A stretch of DNA of 53,424 bases from a virus (Duplodnaviria > Caudoviricetes), in the IMG/VR virus record IMGVR_UViG_3300006945_000001, positions 1-53,424 of that record, one strand, 5' to 3'. This document shows positions 1-8,962 of the stretch, piece by piece (the stretch's first letter is position 1; each line of letters starts with the position of its first letter). The translations under genes were made by a program, and so were the position numbers. The notes beneath the pieces are model-generated. The model made no database searches, was not told where the DNA came from, and was given only the letters and a program-made list of their open reading frames with translations.

Positions 1-129
1 CCAAGGTCCCGGTAGATGGCCGGGGCGACGATGTGTTGCAGAGCGAAGAGCCCGGCGTGGCAGTACGGGATCAGTCCAAGGCTTCGTTCCGGCTGCAGGT
101 CTTCAAGTATAGCGCCCTCTTGCGGCGGC
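1..129 (-). pseudogene. Frameshifted remnant of a terminase large subunit 3' end, overlapping the integrase 3' end
   Basis: With one restored base near nt 73 it reads RRKRALYLKTCSRNEALD(L)IPYCHAGLFALQHIVAPAIYRDLG, versus TerL RTKKVLYVKTYNRNEALDLTVYCHAGLFALQHSIAPAIYRDLG at about 29004-29133 (33/43 identical by manual alignment). Confidence 0.9.
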
Positions 130-1657
130 TTTCCAATCTGCTAAACCCCACCGGCCTGACTACCTTCCCTCCGTGCGGCAGAATCATACAGATGGCCTTC
201 ACTGTGTAGTCTGCCACGTGAATTTCCGGCACCACTGCTGCCAGAATCCTTCGCTTGTCTTCCAGCGCCAGGAACCGCCAGTCGGAGAACGGCTGGAATA
301 GCTGCGATAGCTCCTCAGCCGTCACCTCCGGCGTGGGCGCTTCGCGCATCAGCGCCGTCTGGGCCAGCTTAAGGTCGCGCTCGACCGCTTCCAGCCGCCG
401 GTTCCGTTCTTCCACGTTGATCACGCCTTCGAAGTAGGCGTCAAGCACGCGCTGCTGCTTCTCGCGCAGCCCCGTGATCTGCGCTTGGAGCCGGGCCATT
501 CGCACCTGGCTGCCTCCTTGCTGCCGGCGTCGCTCCTGCTCGCTGACGATCTCCTGCAAAAAGCCGTTGTCGGTCAGCCGCACGGCCAGCAGGAAGTCCA
601 GCTTGTCTTCCAGTTTCTCGCGGCGCATGTAAAGCGTCTGGCAGGTGCGGAGATACTGGCGGCCCTTGCACACGTAATAGTCGAACAGCTTTCCCCTGTG
701 GCTGCTCTGGCTGTAGATCAACAACTGGCACGTGGCGCAGCGCAGAAAGCCGCCGTAGGTGAACTTGCGCCGCGTCTCCACGCGCGCCCGGCTGCCGCGC
801 TCGCGCTTGGCTTCGACCATTTTCTGCACGCGGTTGAAGTCGGCCTGGCTGATCAGGGGTTCTTCGATCACGCGCACGCGGATGATTTCGTCCGGGCTGC
901 GCAGGGCTTTGCGGCGGTCGCCCTGGCGTCCATCGGTTTTGACGCGCAGAGCGCCGGGGCTCATATCGCGCCGCTTGTCGTACACCCGCCAGCCCGTATA
1001 GATCGGGTTACGCAGGATGATGGGCAACGCGCTGCGCGGGATGCCCGCCTTGCGCGATAGCTCGCTGTAGCAGGTGACGCCGCTCAGAAATAGCCGAAAA
1101 GCCTCGCGTACTTTCTCAGCCTCGGGCTTGTAGTGCCAGCCGGTTTCTTTGCTGAACCCCACGCCATACGGCCAGGTGATATGCCCCGACGGGCACGCGC
1201 CCGCTCGCCGCTTTTCTTCCTTGGCCGTCCAGCTTCGCTCCAGCAGTTCGGAGCGTTCCAGCCCTGCGATGGCCGCGCGGATGGCTCCCATCAGCCTGCC
1301 GGTCTTGGAGTTGAAATCAATCGGGCCTTCGGGCAGGTAGAGGATAGTCTTGCTGTCCACAAAGGCTTGCAACAGGGCGTAGTCGCTGAAATTCTCGGGG
1401 CGCATCAGGCGCGAGAACTCGCGCGCCACGACACCGTGAATCTCCGGGCTTTGGATCAGCTTGAGTAGCTGCTGCATTTCGGGCGCAAGCAGGACGGCCG
1501 CGCCGGAGACATCGGCCATCTCGACCGAGTGCGTGATCTCCAGCCCGTAGGCCTGCGCTGTTCGCCGGTTGATGGCCCTCTGCGCCGGAATGCTGGCGCG
1601 GTCGTTTTCTGCCTGTGCTTCCGTGGACACACGAATCAACTCAATGACCTTTTTCAT
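71..1657 (-). CDS. Large serine recombinase (phage integrase)
   Basis: N-terminal resolvase motif IRVSTEAQ (catalytic Ser), SGA and SRLMR motifs, recombinase domain (ILRNPIYTG), Zn ribbon (CATC...YYVC...C), coiled coil. Confidence 0.95.
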   Translation of the reverse strand: MKKVIELIRVSTEAQAENDRASIPAQRAINRRTAQAYGLEITHSVEMADVSGAAVLLAPEMQQLLKLIQSPEIHGVVAREFSRLMRPENFSDYALLQAFVDSKTILYLPEGPIDFNSKTGRLMGAIRAAIAGLERSELLERSWTAKEEKRRAGACPSGHITWPYGVGFSKETGWHYKPEAEKVREAFRLFLSGVTCYSELSRKAGIPRSALPIILRNPIYTGWRVYDKRRDMSPGALRVKTDGRQGDRRKALRSPDEIIRVRVIEEPLISQADFNRVQKMVEAKRERGSRARVETRRKFTYGGFLRCATCQLLIYSQSSHRGKLFDYYVCKGRQYLRTCQTLYMRREKLEDKLDFLLAVRLTDNGFLQEIVSEQERRRQQGGSQVRMARLQAQITGLREKQQRVLDAYFEGVINVEERNRRLEAVERDLKLAQTALMREAPTPEVTAEELSQLFQPFSDWRFLALEDKRRILAAVVPEIHVADYTVKAICMILPHGGKVVRPVGFSRLESRRKRALYLKTCSRNEALD

Positions 1658-1699
1658 TTTTCGTCTCTTGGTGTAAAATGCGCCGCTTTCATGGGCAAG

Positions 1700-1927
1700 T
1701 TAGACCAGGATCACGGGCAGCAAGACGGTGACAGCCATGACGATGGGCGTCTGCCCCAACCCTACCAGCAGCCGCGCCAGGCTCAGCGCCCGCTTTTCGT
1801 CGCCTGTTTCCAAGGCTTTGCGCATCTGTTCCATCATTTTTGTGCGTTTGCGGCTGATTTCCATCGCCGCTTCCACCAGCCCACTGCCAGCCTCTTCACC
1901 GTCCGCAACCGGAATCTGCGCGTCCAC
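1700..1927 (-). CDS. Small hypothetical protein upstream of the integrase
   Basis: 75 aa, GTG start after a purine-rich SD-like tract, downstream of a sigma70-like promoter. Confidence 0.5.
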   Translation of the reverse strand: MDAQIPVADGEEAGSGLVEAAMEISRKRTKMMEQMRKALETGDEKRALSLARLLVGLGQTPIVMAVTVLLPVILV

Positions 1928-1964
1928 GGCCCCCTCTCCCCTGTGGTTTGTAAAGCGGGCGCTT

Positions 1965-1993
1965 TATTTAGCAGGACGTAACGCGCAAGTCAA
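1965..1993 (-). promoter_or_regulatory. Sigma70-like promoter for the small ORF/integrase operon
   Basis: Minus strand TTGACT-N17-TAAATA. Confidence 0.55.
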
Positions 1994-2002
1994 CAGGAAA
2001 AT

Positions 2003-2038
2003 TTACCTCAAGGTGTAGCTCCAGACGCGACACCTTGA
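2003..2038. promoter_or_regulatory. Operator-like site, copy 1 (TTACCTCAAGGTGT), plus a 9-bp inverted repeat TCAAGGTGT-N13-ACACCTTGA
   Basis: Matches ACACCT-NN-AGGTGT with 2 mismatches (2003-2016); inverted repeat at 2008-2016 and 2030-2038. Confidence 0.5.
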
Positions 2039-2181
2039 CTCATTGCGCACAATTTGATCCTAATGGCCGACTTCTGTAGCGTAGCTGGCTACCCATGCGG
2101 GCCTTTTCCTATTGAATTGCTTGGGCTTTATGAATGCGATAACATTGCGGCACCGATGAGCCCGCGCGGGGCTCTCGACGT

Positions 2182-3387
2182 ATGTCAGCATCCATCGAGC
2201 AGAGCGCAGGAGCCATTACGGCGTGGGTTGCTTTGTGGTCTGCCGCTTGGGTCTGGTGGACGTACAAAGGAACCGTCAGTGAGAAGAATGAGTCCCGGCG
2301 CGAAGCTAGGCTCAACTTGATCCGTGCTCTGAAAACAGAACTTGAGGTCATCTTTGAGTGGGTTGGTGACGGCTATAAACAACTTACCTTGGAGGAGTAC
2401 AAGCGTAAAGCAGATGCCGAGCTACCGGATCATTGGCTACGGACTTGGTATAGCCCTTCTCGGATAATCTTTTCCTTCCCCTACGCAACCATTAAGAACG
2501 TCATAAGTCATCCCCACCTGCATGAGCTGCCTGATGACGTTGTTAGGGCGCTTGCTTTGTTGGACCACTCGATCACTGGTTTCCTCGATTCCTATCATGC
2601 CCTGAGGGACTTTGTGGCCGAGCACCCTGAACTTGCTTTCAAAGTGGACTGGAAGTTGAGGAATGGCGTGAAGGATTTCACAAATGAAGAGCGTATGTTC
2701 AAGGAAGAAGTGTTTCGCCGAAACTACGGACTTCACATTAAACGAATAGGGTGTGCAGATTCACCGGAATCCGAACACTGTCTTTACCGCACGTATCACT
2801 CGGCCAAGCAAAGCCTAGAAGCGCTCGACGAGTGGATCAGACCGACCCTCACACCTGCATTGTTTCGGGCTGGGGATATCCTGGCAACGGTGTTGTTTCT
2901 TCTTGGCCTCTTGGTTGCCGTATTCGTGATCAAGAAGATTATCGTGGAAGGAGGTTCCATCATGCTTTGGCGCTTTGTCGATGCGTGGATTGTGCTCGCA
3001 ATTCTGGGCGTTTGGTCTTGGGCATGGTGGAGAGCACAAAACCCGCTATCCCTACACTTGGAGAGCACCCGCTCGGCCATCGAAGCTGGCTTGTCATTCG
3101 TGAGTATCGCGCTTCCGTTGGTCGTTGGGGCCATGCTTCTGACGTTTCAATCGGACGCAAATCCTCTGCCCGAGCGCGTCGTCCGAAACATGTTGGTAGC
3201 TACGTATTGGTTCATCGGCTCGGCCACACTGGCAATCTTGAATCTTTCAAGGCTTCCCTCCATGCCATTGAAGAACGACAGAATTGAGGATAGACTGACG
3301 CCTGTACTTGGCATTGCTCAGTTCATTTGTCTGCTCGCTGGTTCCGGGCGAATGGTTGTTGGAATCCGCGTGCTCTGGATAAGCTAG
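2182..3387 (+). CDS. Accessory multi-pass membrane protein of unknown function
   Basis: 401 aa, N-terminal TM, soluble middle, several C-terminal hydrophobic segments; opposite strand to the core, lower GC. Confidence 0.75.
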   Translation: MSASIEQSAGAITAWVALWSAAWVWWTYKGTVSEKNESRREARLNLIRALKTELEVIFEWVGDGYKQLTLEEYKRKADAELPDHWLRTWYSPSRIIFSFPYATIKNVISHPHLHELPDDVVRALALLDHSITGFLDSYHALRDFVAEHPELAFKVDWKLRNGVKDFTNEERMFKEEVFRRNYGLHIKRIGCADSPESEHCLYRTYHSAKQSLEALDEWIRPTLTPALFRAGDILATVLFLLGLLVAVFVIKKIIVEGGSIMLWRFVDAWIVLAILGVWSWAWWRAQNPLSLHLESTRSAIEAGLSFVSIALPLVVGAMLLTFQSDANPLPERVVRNMLVATYWFIGSATLAILNLSRLPSMPLKNDRIEDRLTPVLGIAQFICLLAGSGRMVVGIRVLWIS

Positions 3388-3404
3388 CAACGGAGGGTAT
3401 CAAA

Positions 3405-3827
3405 ATGGGCGAGTACTATCCTGGTACCGAATACTTCCTGCGTGCAGAGAGGTCAGTTAAGAAGGCTCTTAAACCGGTAAAGCTAGCTATGGAACCGAAG
3501 ATGTTACGCACCGTTGTACTTGTGGCATCTGCGAGGGCGACAAGACAGAGAAAACGTGAGCCCAGCCTAGATGACATCCATGCGGCTCTAGGTCTTCTGT
3601 GTTTTCTGCCCTGGTGGCCGAAAAAGGCCGCAGAGCGCAAAGCAGCACGGCAGCTACGGAACGAAATCGCATCCCTAGGCTTTGCTTTTCCCCTCGGCAG
3701 GCTGCCACGCTCGTTCTTCAGGTCGTACTCCTCTTTGATGCGGTCGCTATCCGTTAAGAGTTCGGTTCATGGAGCCCTAAGGCCTTTTCTCGGCCATATG
3801 GGGGGTGCGGGGTCTGTTGGTCGCTGA
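3405..3827 (+). CDS. Hypothetical protein
   Basis: GGAGG SD before ATG 3405, 17 nt after the previous stop. Confidence 0.5.
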   Translation: MGEYYPGTEYFLRAERSVKKALKPVKLAMEPKMLRTVVLVASARATRQRKREPSLDDIHAALGLLCFLPWWPKKAAERKAARQLRNEIASLGFAFPLGRLPRSFFRSYSSLMRSLSVKSSVHGALRPFLGHMGGAGSVGR

Positions 3828-3830
3828 GTT

Positions 3831-4166
3831 TTAACGATTAGGCAACCGGAGGATCTTGACGCAGGCGGCGAAGACGTCGCCGCGCTTGCCATATTTCTCG
3901 CGTAGCTGCTCGATCAGCTCTACAGTCCTGGGCGTCAGCTTGTAGGTCATGCCGACCATCGCGCCGTCGCCCCGCTGGTTCACCTTCACGCGCCTTTTCT
4001 GCCGGATCAGCAGTTCGGTGCCCACCTGTACGGCGCGACCCTGCGAGCCATAAACGGGTGCTTGCTTGCGGATGGCTTTGACCACCCAGCGGGGAAGAAA
4101 GTACCGCTTGGCGACACAGCGGGTGTTGTACGTTCTGGGCCTGGGCCGTCGAACTCCTCTGCTCAT
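3831..4166 (-). CDS. Small basic DNA-binding protein, possibly a tandem ribbon-helix-helix
   Basis: Two units of short strand plus helix-helix (KRYFLPRWVVKAI...; MTYKLTPRTVELI...); SD-like GGGGG upstream. Confidence 0.5.
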   Translation of the reverse strand: MSRGVRRPRPRTYNTRCVAKRYFLPRWVVKAIRKQAPVYGSQGRAVQVGTELLIRQKRRVKVNQRGDGAMVGMTYKLTPRTVELIEQLREKYGKRGDVFAACVKILRLPNR

Positions 4167-4345
4167 ACGCCTGGCCCCCTTGAACCGACCAGTTGGCTGG
4201 ATTGTAGGCTACCTGTCACGCCAAACGCTACAGTAAGTTTCACAGCACACCTCCAGGAACACCTGATGCTCGGCCATGAATAGCGAAGGGAGATTGTATC
4301 CCATTTTGGGATATACGGAAGCGGCTCGCCATAATCCGGGCCGCC

Positions 4346-4567
4346 GTGAAAGACCCCACCTACCGCCAGAAGTATCGGCAATTCTTGCGGCGGCTCAGGC
4401 AAGCCCGCCAGGAAGCAAAGCTCCGACAGGTGGATGTGGCAAGAAAGCTGTGCCGCCCGCAGTCGTTTGTTTCGAAGGTCGAATCAGGCGAGCGCCGCGT
4501 GGACGTGATCGAGCTCGCCGAATTCGCCCGCCTCTACCGCAAACCAATCTCTTTCTTCGTGGTTTGA
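4346..4567 (+). CDS. XRE-family helix-turn-helix regulator
   Basis: LRQARQEAKLRQVDVARKLCRPQSFVSKVESGERRVDVIEL is a classic HTH_3 pattern. Confidence 0.9.
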   Translation: MKDPTYRQKYRQFLRRLRQARQEAKLRQVDVARKLCRPQSFVSKVESGERRVDVIELAEFARLYRKPISFFVV

Positions 4568-4585
4568 ACTTGCGTGGATAGGCAG

Positions 4586-6652
4586 CTACAGGTTGTTCAC
4601 ATCTGCCACGATCTGCGCCGCTTCGGCTGGAGTTAGACCGCCATTCCGGTTAACGCTGGGGACATTCATTTCGTTAAGATATTGGGACCTTGGGAGCATT
4701 ACCGTAGGTCGCTGTTGGAGGCGGAAAGCACTTGGGCCAGTGTGTTGCGCTGCGTGTGTGATGATACAAGCGGCCATCGCTCGCGTAACAGAAACATAGA
4801 AGAGCCTGCGTTGCTCGATCACGAGGCCGGCAGCTTGCAGCGCCCGAAAGCTGGGCATGATGCCCTGTTCAAGAGAGGGAATGAAGACAACCTTGCCGCT
4901 TAGCCCTTTAGCCCCATGCATTGTTAGGATTCGGATTCTCTTTTGCTGGACAAAGGTAGGAGGAGGGGTTTGAGCAGCTCCCAGTCTTTGATTAACCGAA
5001 TCGAGAATTGAGCGGCGGTCAGCATCATTGTCGGCCTCAAAGAAGCTCAGGAGCTCCTGGAGAGTCATGTCGCCGGGCAAAGCGCCAGCCAAGGCGTTCC
5101 AAGTAGCTATATGGTTCGCAGCCTGAGCAGAACCCTGAAATACCATACCAAGCAACTGCGCAACGTCCCCTGCCCTGTTGGTGAGCGTGTCTGCAAGATT
5201 CCACGTGCTGACGGCCTGGATCATCGCCGTAACGCGGATCACAGCGTTGGCAGATCTCGTTGGCAACCACGGAGGGGGCGCTGCTAAATAGAAGAGATCG
5301 TGGAAGTTCTGATTATTCGCGACACAGGCATCTGCAACTGCTCGGGCGGTACCAGGGCCGACTCCGCTAAGCAGGCCAAGCAGTGCGCGATGAGCCACGT
5401 AATCTGGTTCGCCGGTGCCAATGTCCCTAGCAATTCTCAGGGCCGAGTACACTGCCCGAATTGGATCAACGTCCGTCAATGCCTCGCCCGGTGGAGGATC
5501 ATAAGGCAAGCCCAAATTGCCAAGCTCCTGGGCTATGAGTTGGAGTTGAAGCCCGCGGTCTGAGATCAGGACGAGTATTCCGTCCTCTTGTCCTGCCATA
5601 CCTGCATTGATCAGCTCTTGGCACGACGCGGCAATCGCCCGCGCTTCGTCCTGTTCCGAGGGAAAAGACCACACGCACAGACTACCTCCCACAGGGGGAG
5701 CAGCGTTGTGATACAGAGAGACAAGGTTTTTCGGAATCCTATTGGGGTTGACAGAGATCATCTGAGTTGCTGGGCCTAGAATCTGCGGAGTACTGCGGAA
5801 GCAGTCGGTCAACACATGTGTTGAGGAGTGCGAATAGGCAGTTGTGAACTGCACCAGTCCCGTGGGGTCTGCGTGCCTGAATGAGTAGATGCTTTGGTCA
5901 TCGTCCCCCGCAACAAAGAGGACAGCCCCTCGGTTGGCCAGATAGCGTACGAATTCTTGGTCACAAGCATTCAGGTCCTGGAATTCGTCAACAATTAGAT
6001 GTTCAATGGTGGGCAGCTGCGCAGGCTGAATTTGTCCCATTCTAATCGCTTCAACACAGCGATAAATCACCTCGCCAGGCAGAACGCAACAGTACAAATT
6101 CGTACGAGCAGGATGGAAAACATTGAAACCCTGCACCTCCACTGGGGTGATCGCTGCTTGGTTTATGAAGTTCGGGTTAAGGGTTTGCCACGCCGCGTCG
6201 TGAGCGGCACGTATTTCTGCTGCTCGGCCAGGTGTGCAGCCGAGCGAATTTGCAAGTTCGATATCATACACATGCCGCCTCTCCCAATCATCAAGCACGG
6301 CAGGATTGGCGGGGTAAAGCGTCGCTAGCAGGTTTGCGGAGCGGAGAATGCGCAGGGCAAGGGAATGCATGGTTGAAACACGAACCGCTACTGCGGCTTG
6401 CGCGCAAGGTTGGTTAGCGCAGTAGGCGGTTATGCGTTTCCGGAGTTCCGTGGAAGCGGCCACAGTGAAGGAAATCACGTAAACATTTTGAGGTGTGGCC
6501 CCTGCGTTCAAGACGTGAGCAACGCGCTTTTCGATGGTTTTGCTTTTGCCTGTTCCTGGACCAGCTACCAACCGTACTTGAGGTGAAGCATCGCGTGCAG
6601 CATTCCATTGTTGCTGTTCGGCAGCAGCTTTCTGGGCTGGGGTAATCGCCAT
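4586..6652 (-). CDS. UvrD/PcrA/Rep-like superfamily 1 helicase (accessory)
   Basis: AGPGTGKS, STMHSLA, VDEFQD, GDDDQSIYSFR, FRS, TMHGAKGL, RRLFYVSVTRA. Confidence 0.95.
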   Translation of the reverse strand: MAITPAQKAAAEQQQWNAARDASPQVRLVAGPGTGKSKTIEKRVAHVLNAGATPQNVYVISFTVAASTELRKRITAYCANQPCAQAAVAVRVSTMHSLALRILRSANLLATLYPANPAVLDDWERRHVYDIELANSLGCTPGRAAEIRAAHDAAWQTLNPNFINQAAITPVEVQGFNVFHPARTNLYCCVLPGEVIYRCVEAIRMGQIQPAQLPTIEHLIVDEFQDLNACDQEFVRYLANRGAVLFVAGDDDQSIYSFRHADPTGLVQFTTAYSHSSTHVLTDCFRSTPQILGPATQMISVNPNRIPKNLVSLYHNAAPPVGGSLCVWSFPSEQDEARAIAASCQELINAGMAGQEDGILVLISDRGLQLQLIAQELGNLGLPYDPPPGEALTDVDPIRAVYSALRIARDIGTGEPDYVAHRALLGLLSGVGPGTARAVADACVANNQNFHDLFYLAAPPPWLPTRSANAVIRVTAMIQAVSTWNLADTLTNRAGDVAQLLGMVFQGSAQAANHIATWNALAGALPGDMTLQELLSFFEADNDADRRSILDSVNQRLGAAQTPPPTFVQQKRIRILTMHGAKGLSGKVVFIPSLEQGIMPSFRALQAAGLVIEQRRLFYVSVTRAMAACIITHAAQHTGPSAFRLQQRPTVMLPRSQYLNEMNVPSVNRNGGLTPAEAAQIVADVNNL

Positions 6653-6764
6653 TTTTCCCTGACCCTCGCCGGGAGGATATCACTCCTGAGGAGAAAGACT
6701 AACTATGAACATCGAAAGGAGTCTAGGTCACAAACGATGGGGTCGCTGGGCGCGGGACCGGAGC

Positions 6765-7364
6765 CTACCAGCGTGCGGATTGGTAGCGGGGCCAGAGAAG
6801 AAACAGGATGCGGCGGGGATACTCGCGGTTCTCGCGGAGGGCTGCTGCGCTGCGGTTGCTGTGGTGCTCGACGCAGCAGAACCAGCGGGAAAGTGCGGGG
6901 TCACAGGATGGCCCGCCATGCGCGGCGGCAAGCTGGCGGTCTTTCCGGACGTTGCCCAGGCCGCCGTTGTAAGCCGATAGCGTAGCGCCCCAGCGGTGCA
7001 GCCCGTCGTCGCGGAACTCGGTCAGGCGCTCCCACAGCCACAGGTCATACGTCACCAGGGCGCGCAGCGCCCAGCGCGCATCGAGCGGCGCGGCGTCGCC
7101 AAGATCGGCAGGGTACAACTGTGCGATCCAGGCCGCCGTGCCCGGCATAAACTGAGCCAGGCCAAGCGCGCCCACGGGACTGCGCGCATCATCGCGCCAG
7201 CCGCTCTCCTGGTGAACCTGCGCGGCAAAGAGCGCCACAGGCGCTTCCAAGCCCCAGGCGGCCCGCGCTTCTCGCGTCAGTTGCGCGCGATAGATGTTCG
7301 CTTGCGCCGGAATCTGCCCCCAAGCAGGAACAGCCAACAGCACGATAATAAGAAAGGAACGCAT
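6765..7364 (-). CDS. Endolysin, SLT lytic transglycosylase with N-terminal signal peptide
   Basis: QVHQES (catalytic Glu), GALGLAQFMP, AYNGG, ENREYP; start overlaps the holin stop (TAATG). Confidence 0.92.
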   Translation of the reverse strand: MRSFLIIVLLAVPAWGQIPAQANIYRAQLTREARAAWGLEAPVALFAAQVHQESGWRDDARSPVGALGLAQFMPGTAAWIAQLYPADLGDAAPLDARWALRALVTYDLWLWERLTEFRDDGLHRWGATLSAYNGGLGNVRKDRQLAAAHGGPSCDPALSRWFCCVEHHSNRSAAALRENREYPRRILFLLWPRYQSARW

Positions 7365-7678
7365 TACAGTCCTTGCGTAATGGCGAGAATAATGGCCGTG
7401 TAGAAGATCGCGACGCCCAGGAAGATCAGGCCGTCTTTGATCGTCTTATCCTGGTCCAGGACGGCGGAAAGGTCAACGTAATGGAACACCTGGCGGCGCA
7501 GATAGTGGGCCACTGCCACGGCCACGCCCACCAGCACGATCTTCCAAGCAAGCACACCTAACTGTTGCAGCGCCAGCGCCGAACCCTTGCCAGCGATGTA
7601 GCCCATGCCCAGCGCCGCCAGCAGCCAAGCTAGGCTTGTCTTCCGGCGCACCAGCAGATTCCGTAGCCCCTCGATCAT
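7364..7678 (-). CDS. Putative holin (3 TM)
   Basis: True start probably ATG 7678 after GAGGAG; three hydrophobic segments; directly upstream of the endolysin. Confidence 0.75.
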   Translation of the reverse strand: MIEGLRNLLVRRKTSLAWLLAALGMGYIAGKGSALALQQLGVLAWKIVLVGVAVAVAHYLRRQVFHYVDLSAVLDQDKTIKDGLIFLGVAIFYTAIILAITQGL

Positions 7679-7685
7679 AGTCTCC

Positions 7686-7994
7686 TCACTTGCCCGCTGC
7701 CTTTGCCGCCTGCCAGAGCGCGAGCGCGTAGAGAATGATCGCGTCAGCAACGACCAAGCCGCCCAACAACCACCAGCGGAAGCCTTCCAGCTTGCTGATG
7801 CGTTCGGAATGGTTGTTGAGGCGCCGCTCCGCAACGACCAGCCGCCCTTCGTCGCCGGCGTCGCCTTCCGGGTTGCCGAACAGCCGCGTGTTGAGCGTGT
7901 CCATGCGGCGGTTCAGCTTCTGCAGCTCGGCCAGAATTTGCTGAATTCCTTCAGCGCTCAGCTGTTGCACACTCCGCTCGGGATCGCTGCTCAT
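7686..7994 (-). CDS. Lysis-cassette coiled-coil protein with C-terminal TM
   Basis: 102 aa, heptad-rich, WWLLGGLVVADAIILYALALW; first gene of the lysis cassette. Confidence 0.65.
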   Translation of the reverse strand: MSSDPERSVQQLSAEGIQQILAELQKLNRRMDTLNTRLFGNPEGDAGDEGRLVVAERRLNNHSERISKLEGFRWWLLGGLVVADAIILYALALWQAAKAAGK

Positions 7995-8051
7995 CGGCAG
8001 AAGTTCTTACCACAGCATCGAAGAATCTGTGATGTCCTATTTGCGACGACA

Positions 8052-8069
8052 GGACACTTTAAGGTGTAC
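8052..8069. promoter_or_regulatory. Operator-like palindrome, copy 2 (GGACACTTTAAGGTGTAC)
   Basis: 16/18 identical to 27685-27702; upstream of the lysis cassette; contains the stop codon of the Cas4-like ORF. Confidence 0.55.
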
Positions 8070-8916
8070 CTGCTGGGCGAATTAATTTGACGAAGTCCGG
8101 GTTCGGTGGGGCCAGGGCTGACTCACAAAGGCGAACGACATTAAACTCGCAGACCCGGCACCTATTTTGATGTTGGGTTGGCATTGCCGCCCGCGAACCG
8201 CGCCAGAAGGCGATAGGCTCACGTATCAGCTTTCTTGCGCTAGCCAAATCAAATCGGTACGCAAAACAGGTTGCACCCTCTTCTGTGTGCGTTGCGTAGC
8301 CTTGCTTTGCCAGAACCACCTGTCGCAATTGCTGGTAAGTGGTGAGGAGCTTCTTCTCCAGAGCTTCGAGTCCTTTCTGCCTTTGCTCCGGCGACAGGAA
8401 CACCAAAATCGTGGCCAGTTGGCGAGTGTCAAACTTATTGTGATGGAGCAACAACCCATAAAGTGCCAGTTGGAGGCGGTGATCGGGGTAGGGTTCGCGT
8501 CTCCGACTGAATTTGTAATCAGCGAGCAGCAGTGCCTTGGGGCCATCGAACTCAACCAAGTCAGGCTTCCCGATGACTGGTACACCTTGGAGTCGACCAG
8601 AGAAAGGGAACTCTCGGAGCAGGATTCTCTTTCCGCTAGCAAGCTGTTCTCGTAGTTGTTTTTCGGTGATTGGTGTGGCGCGGGCAGTCAATTGCTCGTG
8701 GGCTTCGGACCCCGCACGCTGCTCTGCTGTTTCCTTTTGCACCTCTCGATGCAGCAACCTGAGCTCAACTCTCTTTTCACAGTACAGCTGGTCAGCAATA
8801 TCTGAAGCCCTGACTGCTTCGAGGCCATAGCGCTCCTTAATACGCTTTCTTACTTCTGGTGAGGACGGCTTCTTGCGGGATCGTTTGGGCTTCGGAATCC
8901 AGTGCGGAACTCCCAT
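8059..8916 (-). CDS. Solo Cas4/ExoV-like PD-(D/E)XK nuclease with a probable 4Fe-4S staple
   Basis: ASDIADQLYCEK, G..AHE, GKPDLV, ADYK, QLALY, C-terminal CRVC...C (1+3 Cys). Confidence 0.85.
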   Translation of the reverse strand: MGVPHWIPKPKRSRKKPSSPEVRKRIKERYGLEAVRASDIADQLYCEKRVELRLLHREVQKETAEQRAGSEAHEQLTARATPITEKQLREQLASGKRILLREFPFSGRLQGVPVIGKPDLVEFDGPKALLLADYKFSRRREPYPDHRLQLALYGLLLHHNKFDTRQLATILVFLSPEQRQKGLEALEKKLLTTYQQLRQVVLAKQGYATHTEEGATCFAYRFDLASARKLIREPIAFWRGSRAAMPTQHQNRCRVCEFNVVRLCESALAPPNPDFVKLIRPAGTP

Positions 8917-8962
8917 GACATTCTACCGCCCTTGCTCTAAGGCCAATGCGAGCCTTGGAGGA

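Noticed and set aside
1-129. Diversity-generating retroelement template/variable repeat pair with terL
   Set aside because: Differences are not adenine-specific, are mostly synonymous, and no reverse transcriptase is present
4586-6652. Gabija system
   Set aside because: No adjacent OLD-family ATPase/TOPRIM nuclease (GajA)
8580-8587. Additional GTACACCT half-site inside the Cas4-like gene
   Set aside because: Coding position, opposite orientation and no second half-site; compatible with chance
8059-8916. CRISPR-Cas locus suggested by the Cas4-like gene
   Set aside because: No repeat-spacer array or other cas genes seen in the window
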